Of a DNA stretch of 64,000 nucleotides, positions 40,256 to 50,466 are shown one piece after another. Positions within the stretch are counted from its first letter, which is position 1; each line of letters begins with the position of its first letter. The stretch comes from Ignavibacteriota bacterium (GTDB lineage Bacteria > Bacteroidota > Ignavibacteria > UBA10030): positions 12,579-76,578 of the forward strand of contig CAVYML010000009.1 of the NCBI GenBank assembly GCA_963769605.1, in the 5' to 3' direction. Both the position numbers and the translations under genes were made by a program. The notes beneath the pieces are model-generated. The model searched no databases and had not been told where the DNA came from. It worked only from the letters and a program-made list of their open reading frames with translations.

Positions 40256-42085
40256 TTAGAGATTCAGACTTTTTATTAAATCGCCTCGTTGCATAGAGCG
40301 CAGCTCCGTTTTCAGCTCCTCACGCTTTTCCTTTTTATAAAGAAAAAAGAATAGCTGCTGCATTTTCTTTTCTCTAACCGTACACGGTACGGCAACTTTT
40401 TTCAATGTGTACGGATCGAATCCGGCATAGTACATCACGGATCCAAGCGTCATCGGTGTCGGTGTAAAATCCTGAACCTGTTCAAGATTAAGATGAAGCT
40501 TTCCAGCCTCTATCGCAAGTTCCGCCATCTCATCGAGTCCGCAGTCCGGCAGGCTCGATATAAAATACGGTATCAATTGCTGATTTAATCCGTATTCATC
40601 GGAGAGTGCAGTAAACCGCTCATGGAGATGAATATAACTTTCAAACGGCGGTTTGCGAAGCAGTTTTAAAACTTTGCCGGATGTATGCTCCGGCGCCACT
40701 TTAAGGCGCCCTGATACATGATGCACCACAAGTTCTTTCAGGTACTCAATCGCCGATGCAGACACTGGCTTGTTTTTCGGATCGATGATAAGGTCGTAGC
40801 GTATGCCGCTTCCGATGGTTATTTTTTTTATGCCTTTGATGCTCCGGGCTTCGTGGTAAACTTCGAGCAATGCCTTATGATCCGTACCAAGATTCTTGCA
40901 CACGGATGGATATATGCAAGACGGGCGCCTGCATGCAGCGCATTGTTCTTTTTCGAAGCCTTCCATCTTGTACATATTTGCCGATGGACCGCCAAGGTCG
41001 GTTATATGACCCTTAAAGGAAGGCTTGTCTGCAATAGCTTTGAGTTCCTTGATAATGGAATGCTTCGATCGGCTGGAAATAAATTTTCCCTGGTGGGCGG
41101 AAATTGTGCAAAATGAGCATCCGCCGAAACATCCCCGATGTATCGTGACGGAATCTTTGATCATTTCAAATGCAGGTATCGGTTCCTTGCCGCGGTACCG
41201 CGGATGCGGCAGGCGCGTAAATGGAAGATCGTAGATCCGATCCATCTCTTCTTCGGAAAGCGGCGGATATACCGGATTGATAATAATCCATCGATCCCTG
41301 TTTTTTTCCGCCAGAATCTTTTGTTTTATTTTATTGGACTCTTCTTCCGTTCGAACGAAATTTTTGGCAAACGCTTTCGGGTCAATGAGACATTCATCAT
41401 AGGAAGCAAGGAGAATCGCATCTTTCATATCGGATGGAAACTCATTCGCCGGAAATGCCGTTTGAGGAACGTTCGTAATATTTTCAATTTCCTCTCCGTC
41501 CCGGAGTCTCTTTGCAACTTCGACGATAGATTTTTCCGACATCCCGTACAAAAGCAGATCCGCTCCGGAATCGACAAGAATAGAAGGTTTGAGAGAATCG
41601 CTCCAATAATCATAATGAGTCAAACGACGGAGAGAGGCTTCTATGCCGCCGAGGATCAGCGGGATATCCGTATAAAGTGATTTCAGAATTTTTGAATAGA
41701 TTGTTGCGGCATAATCGGGACGCTGTCCCGCTTTGTTGCCGGGCGTGTAGGCATCATTGGAGCGGAGACGTTTGTTCGCCGTATAATGATTGATCATGGA
41801 ATCCATGTTGCCGGCGCTGACTCCGAAGAACAATTTCGGAACTCCAAGTTTTTTAAAATCCCTTAAATCGTCGCGCCAGTTCGGCTGCGGGACTATTGCA
41901 ACCCGATATCCCTCATGCTCCAGCACCCTTGCGATGACAGCTGTTCCGAATGAAGGATGATCGACAAACGCATCACCGGTAAAAAGAATGACATCGGCTC
42001 GATCCCAGCCGAGATCCTTCATCTCTTTTATAGAGGTCGGGAAAGATACTTTTCTTTCGCTTTTATGATGGGGAGAATACTTCAT
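40256..42085 (-). CDS. ygiQ: YgiQ family radical SAM protein (UPF0313)
   Basis: 609 aa; N-terminal FTGDAFVDHPSFGTAVIARVLE and the radical SAM cysteine region RGCFGGCSFC. Confidence 0.9.
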   Translation of the reverse strand: MKYSPHHKSERKVSFPTSIKEMKDLGWDRADVILFTGDAFVDHPSFGTAVIARVLEHEGYRVAIVPQPNWRDDLRDFKKLGVPKLFFGVSAGNMDSMINHYTANKRLRSNDAYTPGNKAGQRPDYAATIYSKILKSLYTDIPLILGGIEASLRRLTHYDYWSDSLKPSILVDSGADLLLYGMSEKSIVEVAKRLRDGEEIENITNVPQTAFPANEFPSDMKDAILLASYDECLIDPKAFAKNFVRTEEESNKIKQKILAEKNRDRWIIINPVYPPLSEEEMDRIYDLPFTRLPHPRYRGKEPIPAFEMIKDSVTIHRGCFGGCSFCTISAHQGKFISSRSKHSIIKELKAIADKPSFKGHITDLGGPSANMYKMEGFEKEQCAACRRPSCIYPSVCKNLGTDHKALLEVYHEARSIKGIKKITIGSGIRYDLIIDPKNKPVSASAIEYLKELVVHHVSGRLKVAPEHTSGKVLKLLRKPPFESYIHLHERFTALSDEYGLNQQLIPYFISSLPDCGLDEMAELAIEAGKLHLNLEQVQDFTPTPMTLGSVMYYAGFDPYTLKKVAVPCTVREKKMQQLFFFLYKKEKREELKTELRSMQRGDLIKSLNL

Positions 42086-42413
42086 CGTTTACCCGGTCAT
42101 TATGTATAAGAACCTATGTAATATAAGCTATATAATCAGCAATTTCCTTAGTCTGTCTATCGCGGGAACCCCGAACGCTCCAATGCGGTTACACAAATAT
42201 TATGAAGGCAAGGAACAATATGGAATTACGATTCAGAACAGAGGCATCGATCAATACAGATGTACCCTCCGCAGAACCATGGCGGAGATCTCGCTTTGAT
42301 ACGGATATTGATCGAGCTTCGGGATCTATCGTTCAAAGTTTCTTCATGCAGCAGTCTCCTGACAGAACGATAAAAACCGCAATACGGAAACGATATTTGA
42401 TGAAATGCGCATC

Positions 42414-42851
42414 ATGAAAAACGAATCCTTCGTTATCGAAAGAACATACAACGCTCCTATTTTAAAAGTATGGAAAGCAATCACCGACAGGAACAATATA
42501 AAGCAGTGGTATTTCGATATTGCCGAGTTCAAACCCGAAAAAGATTTTGAATTCCGGTTCTCCGGCGGAACGGAGAATAGAAAGTACATGCATTTGTGTA
42601 AAGTCACCGAAATAATAATCGGCAGAAAGCTTACATACAGATGGCGGTACGACGGCTATGAGGGAGATTCAGTCGTCACGTACGAATTGTTCGAAGAAGC
42701 GGAAAAAACCAGATTAAAGCTCATATACATCGGCCTGGAATCTTTCCCGACGGACAATCCCGATTTTGCAAAAGAAAGGTTTGCTGAGGGATGGACATAT
42801 ATTATTGGTACATCGTTGGAAAGGTTTTCTGAAAAACCTGTGCCGATTTAA
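42414..42851 (+). CDS. SRPBCC/AHSA1-like domain protein
   Basis: FVIERTYNAPILKVWKAITD start typical of Activator-of-Hsp90-ATPase-like SRPBCC proteins. Confidence 0.7.
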   Translation: MKNESFVIERTYNAPILKVWKAITDRNNIKQWYFDIAEFKPEKDFEFRFSGGTENRKYMHLCKVTEIIIGRKLTYRWRYDGYEGDSVVTYELFEEAEKTRLKLIYIGLESFPTDNPDFAKERFAEGWTYIIGTSLERFSEKPVPI

Positions 42852-43121
42852 GAATCATGTATCTTCGAAGCGGTTTGATAACGAAAGGTTGTCATTGCAG
42901 ATGAGGCGAAAAATGAGACTGTGTCGAATCTCTTCAATGACTGATCTTCATTAAAATTTCACTGTGTTCCCCCCTCAATTCGGGAACAAATAAAACTATC
43001 ATGGTGATAAGCTACAAATGTAAGGACAGTGATTCGTATCAAAAGATAAATGTTTTTTCCCGATTACCGATTTCGCAGTTCATGAGACGACTATCTGAAC
43101 AATAATAAAGGAGATACAAAA

Positions 43122-43562
43122 ATGAGATTCATGATGTTTATGATCCCCCGCGTTTATCAGGGCGGAAAAGGCAAAAGAGCCGGGAAAAATTTTACACCGC
43201 CTGCCGACGCGGTAGAAAAAATGACTAAGTACAATGAGGAATTGACAAAAGCCGGAGCTCTGCTCTCCCTTGATGGACTCCATCCTATTGAAAAAGGAGG
43301 CCGTGTATCGTTCTTCAAAGGAAAAACGACTTTAACGGACGGATCCTTCATAAAATCGAAGGAAGTGTTCGGCGGGTATTGGATGGTCCAGTTTAAATCA
43401 AAAAAAGAAGCTATGAAATGGGCAAAGCGTGTACCGGCAGAGGACGGCGATATAATCGAAGTCCGGCAAGTATTCGAGATGTCGGATTTTCCGCCGGATG
43501 TCCGGAAGGCCGGCCAGAGTCCGACAATTCAGGCGCAGTCCGCGAAGCATCGAAATAAATGA
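43122..43562 (+). CDS. YciI-like (YCII-related, dimeric alpha/beta barrel) protein
   Basis: GALLSLDGLHP...GGYWMVQFKSKKEAMKWAKRVP resembles the YCII-related domain. Confidence 0.55.
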   Translation: MRFMMFMIPRVYQGGKGKRAGKNFTPPADAVEKMTKYNEELTKAGALLSLDGLHPIEKGGRVSFFKGKTTLTDGSFIKSKEVFGGYWMVQFKSKKEAMKWAKRVPAEDGDIIEVRQVFEMSDFPPDVRKAGQSPTIQAQSAKHRNK

Positions 43563-43649
43563 TTTGACCAATATAGCCGGCCACAATAAATGCGTATAGT
43601 CGAAGAAAACACGGCGACATATATTGGTACTGGTTATTCCGAAAAATAA

Positions 43650-43754
43650 CTAGAGACGTGGACGAGAACTCATGAATTGAAAATAGATGTCGTAAATCCG
43701 TCTTAGAATGAGATACGAATTGCCGCGGAACCAACTTTTCGTCCACGTCTCTAG
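43650..43754. mobile_element. MITE-like element or structured RNA: 105 bp bounded by perfect 16-bp inverted repeats
   Basis: CTAGAGACGTGGACGA at 43650..43665 and TCGTCCACGTCTCTAG at 43739..43754 read directly; no ORF inside. Confidence 0.45.
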
Positions 43755-43820
43755 GAATGGAATGTCGGAAAACGACAGATGAAGATTTATGAGAGATCGA
43801 CAATCTTTAAGGAAAATCAT

Positions 43821-44312
43821 ATGCAGAAAATAATCCCTTTCTTATGGTTCGATAATCAAGCCGAAGAAGCCATGAACTTCTATATCTCCGTCTTTAAAGA
43901 TTCAAAAATACTCAACGTTACACGCTACGGAGAAGCGGGACCAGGACCGAAAGGATCGGTCATGACAGCGATGTTCCGGATCGAAGGTCAGGAATTCATG
44001 GCCCTGAACGGCGGTCCGATATTCAAGTTCTCGCAAGCTATATCTTTTTTTGTCAAATGCGAGTCCCAGATAAAAATAGACAGACTGTGGGAAAAACTTT
44101 CCGCAGGCGGAGAAAAACAGCAATGCGGATGGCTAAAAGACAAATACGGCATTTCATGGCAGATCGTGCCTCTTGTCCTGGGAAAAATACTGAACGACAA
44201 AGATCCTGAAAAATCGAAAAGAGTTATGCAGGCAATGCTGAAAATGAACAAACTGGATATCAAAGCTTTAAAACAAGCGCATGGACAGAAGCCGGCGGAA
44301 ACGCAGCTCTGA
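43821..44312 (+). CDS. VOC/glyoxalase-fold protein (PhnB / 3-demethylubiquinone-9 3-methyltransferase-like domain)
   Basis: Start MQKIIPFLWFDNQAEEAMNFY... typical of this VOC subfamily. Confidence 0.7.
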   Translation: MQKIIPFLWFDNQAEEAMNFYISVFKDSKILNVTRYGEAGPGPKGSVMTAMFRIEGQEFMALNGGPIFKFSQAISFFVKCESQIKIDRLWEKLSAGGEKQQCGWLKDKYGISWQIVPLVLGKILNDKDPEKSKRVMQAMLKMNKLDIKALKQAHGQKPAETQL

Positions 44313-44325
44313 TTCGCGGAGAAGA

Positions 44326-45357
44326 TCAAGGAATTGCGACGGCAAAGAATTCCACATCGTGATCCGATGTGATTTTATACTGTGACAGCGCGGCCGGCAG
44401 AAAAAACGATTCTCCTGAAGAAAATTTTTCGACCTGCTCTTTCCCGCCGGAAGTCCAGTGCACTTCCAGCATTCGCTTTGTTATCAAATACACGCCCGGC
44501 CTGTCGCCGGATTCAAACTGCCGATGGAAACTTTCCGTTTGCCCAAACCGGGATACTTCAAATTCTTTCGCAGTTGTCCGATAGGTCGTTTCCCCGCTTT
44601 CCGGTCCAGCCTGCATAACCGGACATTCTGCAAAATTGTACCGGACAATATCGAGCAGCGCCGCCACATCTTTAAATTTATTCGTCAGTCCGGCCCGAAC
44701 GACATTATCCGAATTCGCCATGCATTCAACTATATTTCCTTTGATATATGCATGTGGAATACCGGCATCCGTAAAAATTGCCTGTCCCGGTTTTAGTTGT
44801 ACCAAATTGAAAAAGAAAAACGACAACAGCCCGACATCATCGCCAAACAACCGATGCTGTTCTAAAAATTGTTCTTCTTCCGGCGAACGGAACGCTTGAG
44901 CCTTCATCCGTTCCACTATTCGGGAAATGCAGGCGGTTAAAAGTTCTTTATCTTCCGCATGCTGCATGACGGCTTCATATATTTTTTTAATCGAGTTTTC
45001 TTCCGATGTCATGTCTTTACTTTGCAGGATTTCATCTGACAGTTCCTGCCCGACAAGTTTGCTTAATTCCGGCAAAGACTCAAGATTTTTCCGGATAATT
45101 CGGGCTGGTTTAAATCCGGCAAGAGCAATAAGCGAATCCAGTGCGATAGCAACTTCCGGCTTGTGATTATCGTCCGGATAATTTTTCGGATCTCTTGCAT
45201 GCAGCTTCCGTGCCTGTAATTTGTTCGGATGCGTTTGAATGGAAAGTGCATGGGCAGCAGAAAGAACCTTGAGCAGAAACGGAAACTTCTTCGAAAAATG
45301 TTCGCAGACATACGATCCCAGGCATTCCAAAGGGTAATGTTCAATGACATGATTCAA
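44326..45357 (-). CDS. manA: Mannose-6-phosphate isomerase, class I (conserved N-terminus extends to about 45550 without a canonical start)
   Basis: LSIQTHPNK and HAYIKGNIVECMANSDNVVRAGLT motifs. In-frame upstream translation gives ...KPYKLYNAIKNYEWG...YAELWIGAHPKAPS, matching PMI N-termini, but holds no ATG/GTG/TTG before the upstream stop (only CTG). Confidence 0.8.
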   Translation of the reverse strand: MNHVIEHYPLECLGSYVCEHFSKKFPFLLKVLSAAHALSIQTHPNKLQARKLHARDPKNYPDDNHKPEVAIALDSLIALAGFKPARIIRKNLESLPELSKLVGQELSDEILQSKDMTSEENSIKKIYEAVMQHAEDKELLTACISRIVERMKAQAFRSPEEEQFLEQHRLFGDDVGLLSFFFFNLVQLKPGQAIFTDAGIPHAYIKGNIVECMANSDNVVRAGLTNKFKDVAALLDIVRYNFAECPVMQAGPESGETTYRTTAKEFEVSRFGQTESFHRQFESGDRPGVYLITKRMLEVHWTSGGKEQVEKFSSGESFFLPAALSQYKITSDHDVEFFAVAIP

Positions 45358-45853
45358 AGGAATTCTCGAGCCGTCTATTTCAATTTCAGACGGCGCTTTC
45401 GGATGAGCACCTATCCAGAGCTCCGCATACGGCGTATCAGGTTCTGCCTGAATGCCAAGAAAACGAGGAATATAGGCGGACTCGTTTCTTGTTCCCCATT
45501 CATAGTTCTTTATAGCGTTGTAAAGTTTGTACGGTTTGGAAGAAAAATGCTTCAGGACGGTTTTCCTATCTCAAATGAATTGCAAATGTATTGATCATTT
45601 TACAACCTTTTTGCTATTCAGAAATGTACTCAGAATTGATCAAGAGAAAAAGGGAATACAAACAATTCAGACACGCCTCTCATCCGCGTCCCTGCAACCG
45701 GGGCATTCCCGTATGAAACATATCCGTCAATAGACGGCATGGATGATATATTTCTATCAAAGAGAGTTCCGGCACTCCAAGGACGATATTCGGATATTCC
45801 AAAATGTGGCAGGTTGGAAGAGATGGTCATCCTTAATAAAAGGAGAACAAAAA

Positions 45854-46000
45854 ATGAAACTGATTTTAATCTGTAAACGCAATATCACACAGGTCAGTTA
45901 TAAGAAGCTCAATTTTACAAACCCTCGTTTAAGAGAATCGCATTGCTCCGAAAACTTTAAAAACGCCGCAAAACTGAACACGGCCTTTTCAGCCGATTAA
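45854..46000 (+). CDS. Small basic Cys-containing ORF (48 aa) with strong RBS
   Basis: aaaaggagaacaaaaaATG; MKLILICKRNITQVSYKKLNFTNPRLRESHCSENFKNAAKLNTAFSAD. Confidence 0.3.
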   Translation: MKLILICKRNITQVSYKKLNFTNPRLRESHCSENFKNAAKLNTAFSAD

Positions 46001-46015
46001 ATAAAGATATATATC

Positions 46016-46044
46016 TTGCTATTGAGGCAGAAAGGGTCTATACT
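46016..46044 (+). promoter_or_regulatory. Near-consensus sigma70-type promoter (TTGCTA, 17 bp spacer, TATACT)
   Basis: Read directly; it would initiate a ~450-nt untranslated RNA preceding the repeat-protein gene at 46506. Confidence 0.4.
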
Positions 46045-46505
46045 AAATAAGTCGACACAGTCCACTATTCTCGCCAATTGAGCGGGTATTGGAGTCGGAA
46101 ACATCTTTTGGAAGAATTGCCTCTGCATCTTTTCTTTTTCATTCATCCATTCTGAAGCTTCTACCAACGGACAATGTTTCACTCCGATGCGATAGGGTGA
46201 AAAGTTCGACGTGTTTATCGGCTTAAGGAATTGGATGGAAATTATTCATATACATACCCAAAACTGAGTTCTGAGGCGTTAAAATCTTGAGAATACAAGG
46301 TTACGATGGCTGCGCTCTTGCGTTTTCCGGGCATGTTTAAGATGTGCCGCCGGAGACACCGGGGACAGCTTATAAAGACGTACTTAGAGCTCATAAAGGG
46401 TTTGTCAATAAATCTCGAATGGCATATCCCGACAGCAGAGAATCCGGATTTCCTATTTTATAGTTATCTATTAATTTAAGTACACTTTTTTTAACGGCAA
46501 ATATC

Positions 46506-46790
46506 ATGACATATACAATGCGCGGTCCTGATTTGTACGACACACACAATCGAAAAATTGCTGTCACACGCGGCGCAGGAATTTATGACCGCGACAACCG
46601 AAGGGTTGCAACGATCCGCGGCAACAATCTTTTCGATTCGGACGATAGGAAGTTGATGACAGTCCGGGGATCGTTTATTTATGACGCCGGCAATAAACGA
46701 GTGGCCTCGCTGGTGGAGGCAGAGGATGCCATCACTGGAGCGAGTGTCGGCATGCTGTCCGTTGCACTCTGGTATTGCTTTATACGGTAA
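46506..46790 (+). CDS. Small protein made of four tandem ~16-aa repeats (G-x2-[IL]-[YF]-D-x2-[ND]-[RK]-[RK]-[IVL]-A-[TS]-[IV]-R-G), YD-repeat-like
   Basis: PDLYDTHNRKIAVTRG / AGIYDRDNRRVATIRG / NNLFDSDDRKLMTVRG / SFIYDAGNKRVASLVE read from the translation. Confidence 0.45.
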   Translation: MTYTMRGPDLYDTHNRKIAVTRGAGIYDRDNRRVATIRGNNLFDSDDRKLMTVRGSFIYDAGNKRVASLVEAEDAITGASVGMLSVALWYCFIR

Positions 46791-46855
46791 ATCCGCTGAG
46801 AAGATGGCTCTAAAAATTATCAGAGTACAGGTTCAATTCACAGACCCAAACTTTT

Positions 46856-47494
46856 TTACCGCTTCTGCTCGGTAAATACGAAGTCTTTTGGATTATATCC
46901 CTGGAATTTTAGTATTTCGAAAATTTTATCTTGATCTTCCTGAGAAAGAGCGGGCAGACGGCCAAGTATCCATCCGTACTTGCGGGTCGGCGCACCAACA
47001 ACAGCATACCGGTAATCTTTATCCAATCCGATAATCCAATAATCTCCCCAAAACAATTGTATGCCGAGCAGTCGGACGAAACTGACCTCTAACTTTGAAT
47101 TAGTCACTGTGTCCACTCTTCGTGCTATTCCCTTCGCCTCATCAATAGTTCCATCGCTTTGGGTGCATCGGTTGATGACATCGATTCTTCCATCGGCCCT
47201 GATGCTGTATTCAGCAGTCGTATTGCACGCACATTGCTTTTGAAAGCTATTGGGAATCTTTGCGATCTCATACCAGGTTCCGACATATTTATTTAGATTG
47301 ACCGAGTCTACTGTGACCGGTTCTGCATGGTTGGAACTCGAGGATGATGTATCCATGGATTGACTCCAGGAAAATTGAGTAAATAATAATCCGCAGAAGA
47401 ATAATCTCCCGAGGAAGGCTGAGAATTTTCTTTGAATAGTTCCCGGCAGCCGCACGATCGCTCCACCTTGATTTACAACTCTCTTCATGTTCAT
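46856..47494 (-). CDS. blc: Bacterial lipocalin (Blc)
   Basis: YVGTWYEIAKIP and GDYWIIGLDKDYRYAVVG lipocalin motifs. Confidence 0.85.
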   Translation of the reverse strand: MNMKRVVNQGGAIVRLPGTIQRKFSAFLGRLFFCGLLFTQFSWSQSMDTSSSSSNHAEPVTVDSVNLNKYVGTWYEIAKIPNSFQKQCACNTTAEYSIRADGRIDVINRCTQSDGTIDEAKGIARRVDTVTNSKLEVSFVRLLGIQLFWGDYWIIGLDKDYRYAVVGAPTRKYGWILGRLPALSQEDQDKIFEILKFQGYNPKDFVFTEQKR

Positions 47495-47587
47495 TATCTT
47501 TGTCTTTCTCCCAAAAATGTTTCAGTGCAAATTTAATGCTTTCACTATCTATTGGCAAATCAATAATGCTTCATTGCTGCGGTTAAA

Positions 47588-48442
47588 TTACACTTTATCA
47601 ATTTTGAACGATGTCATCGCTAAAGAACCTGCGACCGTTTTATCGTTAAAGAGACTCACTTTTTCCCCATCTTCTCTCAATGCTAAAGCGTAAAGCATCG
47701 GCAAATAATGCTCCGGAGTCGGAATTGCCAATTGGAAAGCCTTCCCTTGCGATTGATAATGTATAAGAGATCGATGGTCTCCATTCAGAATATATTTTTT
47801 CATTTTCTCGCCGGCCTCAAGCGCCCATTCATATCCATATTCTGCCGCATCCAGCTTTTCCCATGCAAGCAGTCCGAGATTGTGAACCATGTTCCCGCTT
47901 CCGACGATCAACACGCCCCTGCTGCGAAGTAATGAAAGCTCTTTTGCCAGGTCATAATGATCTTGAGGCGCACCGTTGTAATTTAAGCTCATTTGGACGA
48001 TCGGAACATCGGCAGCAGGGTAAAGATGTTTGACCACGCTCCAGCATCCATGATCAAGTCCCCATTTTTCATCCAAAGCAATCTTGGTCATTTGAATGTC
48101 ATTTTTTAATTCTTTTGCCAATTGGGGACTTCCCGGCGCGGGATATTGGACCTCATACAATTCTTTCGGAAAGCCGCTGAAATCATGAATGGTCTTCGGT
48201 TTTTCCATTGCCGTTACGCATGTCCCTTTTGTTTCCCAATGCGCCGATATGCAGAGAATGGCTTTCGGTTTCGGAATCTCCCTTGCAATTTTTTTCCATC
48301 CATCGACAAACTCATTTTCTTCAACGGCATTCATTGGACTGCCATGACCTAAAAAAAGCACGGGCATCCTTTTCCGGCCGCTCAAAGTGCCGGTACTCGT
48401 GACAGGTGTATCCGATTCCATCGCTTCTCCTCGATGATGCAA
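47588..48442 (-). CDS. ygiD: 4,5-DOPA dioxygenase extradiol-like (YgiD family)
   Basis: MPVLFLGHGSPMNA...ISAHWET motifs; the conserved start may be at 48367. Confidence 0.85.
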   Translation of the reverse strand: MHHRGEAMESDTPVTSTGTLSGRKRMPVLFLGHGSPMNAVEENEFVDGWKKIAREIPKPKAILCISAHWETKGTCVTAMEKPKTIHDFSGFPKELYEVQYPAPGSPQLAKELKNDIQMTKIALDEKWGLDHGCWSVVKHLYPAADVPIVQMSLNYNGAPQDHYDLAKELSLLRSRGVLIVGSGNMVHNLGLLAWEKLDAAEYGYEWALEAGEKMKKYILNGDHRSLIHYQSQGKAFQLAIPTPEHYLPMLYALALREDGEKVSLFNDKTVAGSLAMTSFKIDKV

Positions 48443-48452
48443 AAATTATACT

Positions 48453-49013
48453 TCAATGCCGATCATGAAGCTCATCTAATTTTTTTCGTAAAATGTTCAG
48501 AGTGTAGGATATTTGATGCTCAATGGTTCTCACACTCACCCGGAATATTTCGGCAATTTCTTTGTTGGACTTTCCTTCAAGCCTGCTGAGAAGAAATACT
48601 TCCCTGCATCTTTGAGGAATATCTGTTTTTATTATCGTATCGATTTCCTCCTGCAGTATCTTTAAATGCAGGGCTTTTTCCGGATCGTCTCCTTCTGATA
48701 AAGACGGATACGGCAGTTCATCCTCCAATCTTTCCCTGACCTTTACATGTTTCACATAATCGCGGAGAAGATTTCCGCTGATGCGCAGAACATAAGCCGC
48801 AAAACTAAGATGCGGTTTCAGCGAACTGCGATGATTCCACACATTGATGAATGTCTCTTGAACAATATCGTGTGCAATATCCGCCTGTCGTATATAGAAT
48901 ACTACGTACCTGAAAACGACCGGCTGGTAGCGATCGAACAGTATCCGAAACGCATCCATGTCGGAATTCTTTACTTTTTCCAGAAGCTGCGATTCTGTGA
49001 CCTTCTGTTCCAT
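48453..49013 (-). CDS. RNA polymerase sigma-70 factor, ECF subfamily
   Basis: Region 2 (DIVQETFINVW) and region 4 (EIAEIFRVSVRTIEHQISYTLNILRK) signatures. Confidence 0.85.
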   Translation of the reverse strand: MEQKVTESQLLEKVKNSDMDAFRILFDRYQPVVFRYVVFYIRQADIAHDIVQETFINVWNHRSSLKPHLSFAAYVLRISGNLLRDYVKHVKVRERLEDELPYPSLSEGDDPEKALHLKILQEEIDTIIKTDIPQRCREVFLLSRLEGKSNKEIAEIFRVSVRTIEHQISYTLNILRKKLDELHDRH

Positions 49014-49249
49014 AATCCCGGGATAAAGTCAAGTTTGGAAATATTTGCTATCAAGATAAGCCGGACAAACCGGACTTGCAATAACCCGGACATTTTTTTA
49101 GGATATATCCATAAAATTTATCTCGATCAAGACTATAGGTACCCGGGAATGTATAGTCGTTATATGTATGCATTCCGATACAATTGTTTTCCGGGCATAA
49201 TTGCAATGGATTTTTATCGAATTGCTGCTTAAAGACTCAAGAGGACGCT

Positions 49250-50281
49250 ATGAAAAAAGCCGCAATAGTATTGATCTTTTCGTTGGTCTTCATCGGCTGC
49301 AGAAAGAACGAACTTACATCGGAGTCGGAACAGTTTATTTCTACCTCGTTTATATGCACCGATACGCTGGGGAATGTCCGCACGGAGTTTGAACCGTTTG
49401 AGAAGTTTGATTTGATTTTTACAATGATCAACAAAACGGGAAAAGATCAATCTTACCGATCTACAACTCCAGGATCGGAGATTATTATCTCCCAGGGTGA
49501 TTCGATTGTCTCTTCCGAATTTTATGGACTTGTGTTTCCACACGTACTTCTTTCCGGAGTGCTAAAATCCGATTCTTCGACCATAAACCGATTCCGTGGA
49601 CCGTTCAATAGTCTGAGTTCTCAATCAATGCTTGGGCCGGGATCATATGTTGCGAACGTGAGCATGCACTTGAGCTTCGACAGTACAACCGTCGAAAAAC
49701 CGCAAGACATAACTTTGACAATCCGCGGTAATTTCGTTATCGCCGACAAACCGAATATTTATCTTTACCCGTTAAAGGCGTGCAGTCTATCCGTACATCT
49801 CCAATTTCCATCAGGAGGTTCGGTCATTCAATCTATACCGTCCTATGGTAACGGATGGAATGTTTTGGTAGACACGACCGGAAAGATCGATCAGAAGTAC
49901 GACTACCTTTTCTATGAAGGCTCGACTCCGGACGCCTATCAATATACAACGGGCTGGGTTGTGAGCAAAGATACTCTGGCATCATTTTTTTCGAACACAC
50001 TTCTTCAAGCCGGTTTCAGCGAACGAGAGAAAAACGATTTTATAGAATACTGGGCCCCGCGCTTGACGGATTCTTCGTACTATATCGTCTATCCTCAGTT
50101 TACCGCCGATATCGAAAAAGTGATTCGGCTGAACGTTTCGCAAACACCCGATAATATGCTCAGACTTTTTTACGTCGTACATGGAACAAACGGTTCTTCG
50201 GCGACACTTTCTCAACCTATTATTCCTGAATTTCACAGAACCGGATTTGTAGCGGCCGAATGGGGTGTAATACTGAAATAA
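49250..50281 (+). CDS. Hypothetical lipoprotein
   Basis: Lipobox LVFIGCRK; 344 aa, no known domain. Confidence 0.5.
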   Translation: MKKAAIVLIFSLVFIGCRKNELTSESEQFISTSFICTDTLGNVRTEFEPFEKFDLIFTMINKTGKDQSYRSTTPGSEIIISQGDSIVSSEFYGLVFPHVLLSGVLKSDSSTINRFRGPFNSLSSQSMLGPGSYVANVSMHLSFDSTTVEKPQDITLTIRGNFVIADKPNIYLYPLKACSLSVHLQFPSGGSVIQSIPSYGNGWNVLVDTTGKIDQKYDYLFYEGSTPDAYQYTTGWVVSKDTLASFFSNTLLQAGFSEREKNDFIEYWAPRLTDSSYYIVYPQFTADIEKVIRLNVSQTPDNMLRLFYVVHGTNGSSATLSQPIIPEFHRTGFVAAEWGVILK

Positions 50282-50466
50282 ACATAGCGAAGGAAGCCGG
50301 CAGATGTTCAGACACAATGATGTACAATCGAATTGGGGAACAAAAACCCTATGAATATTTTCTTGAGTACATTACTATCGGGAACAATCGACCTGCAACA
50401 TAATGTGATATAGGCAGAAAGGACGGTATAATCGTTATATAATAGAGCACAACAAGGAGATGATCT

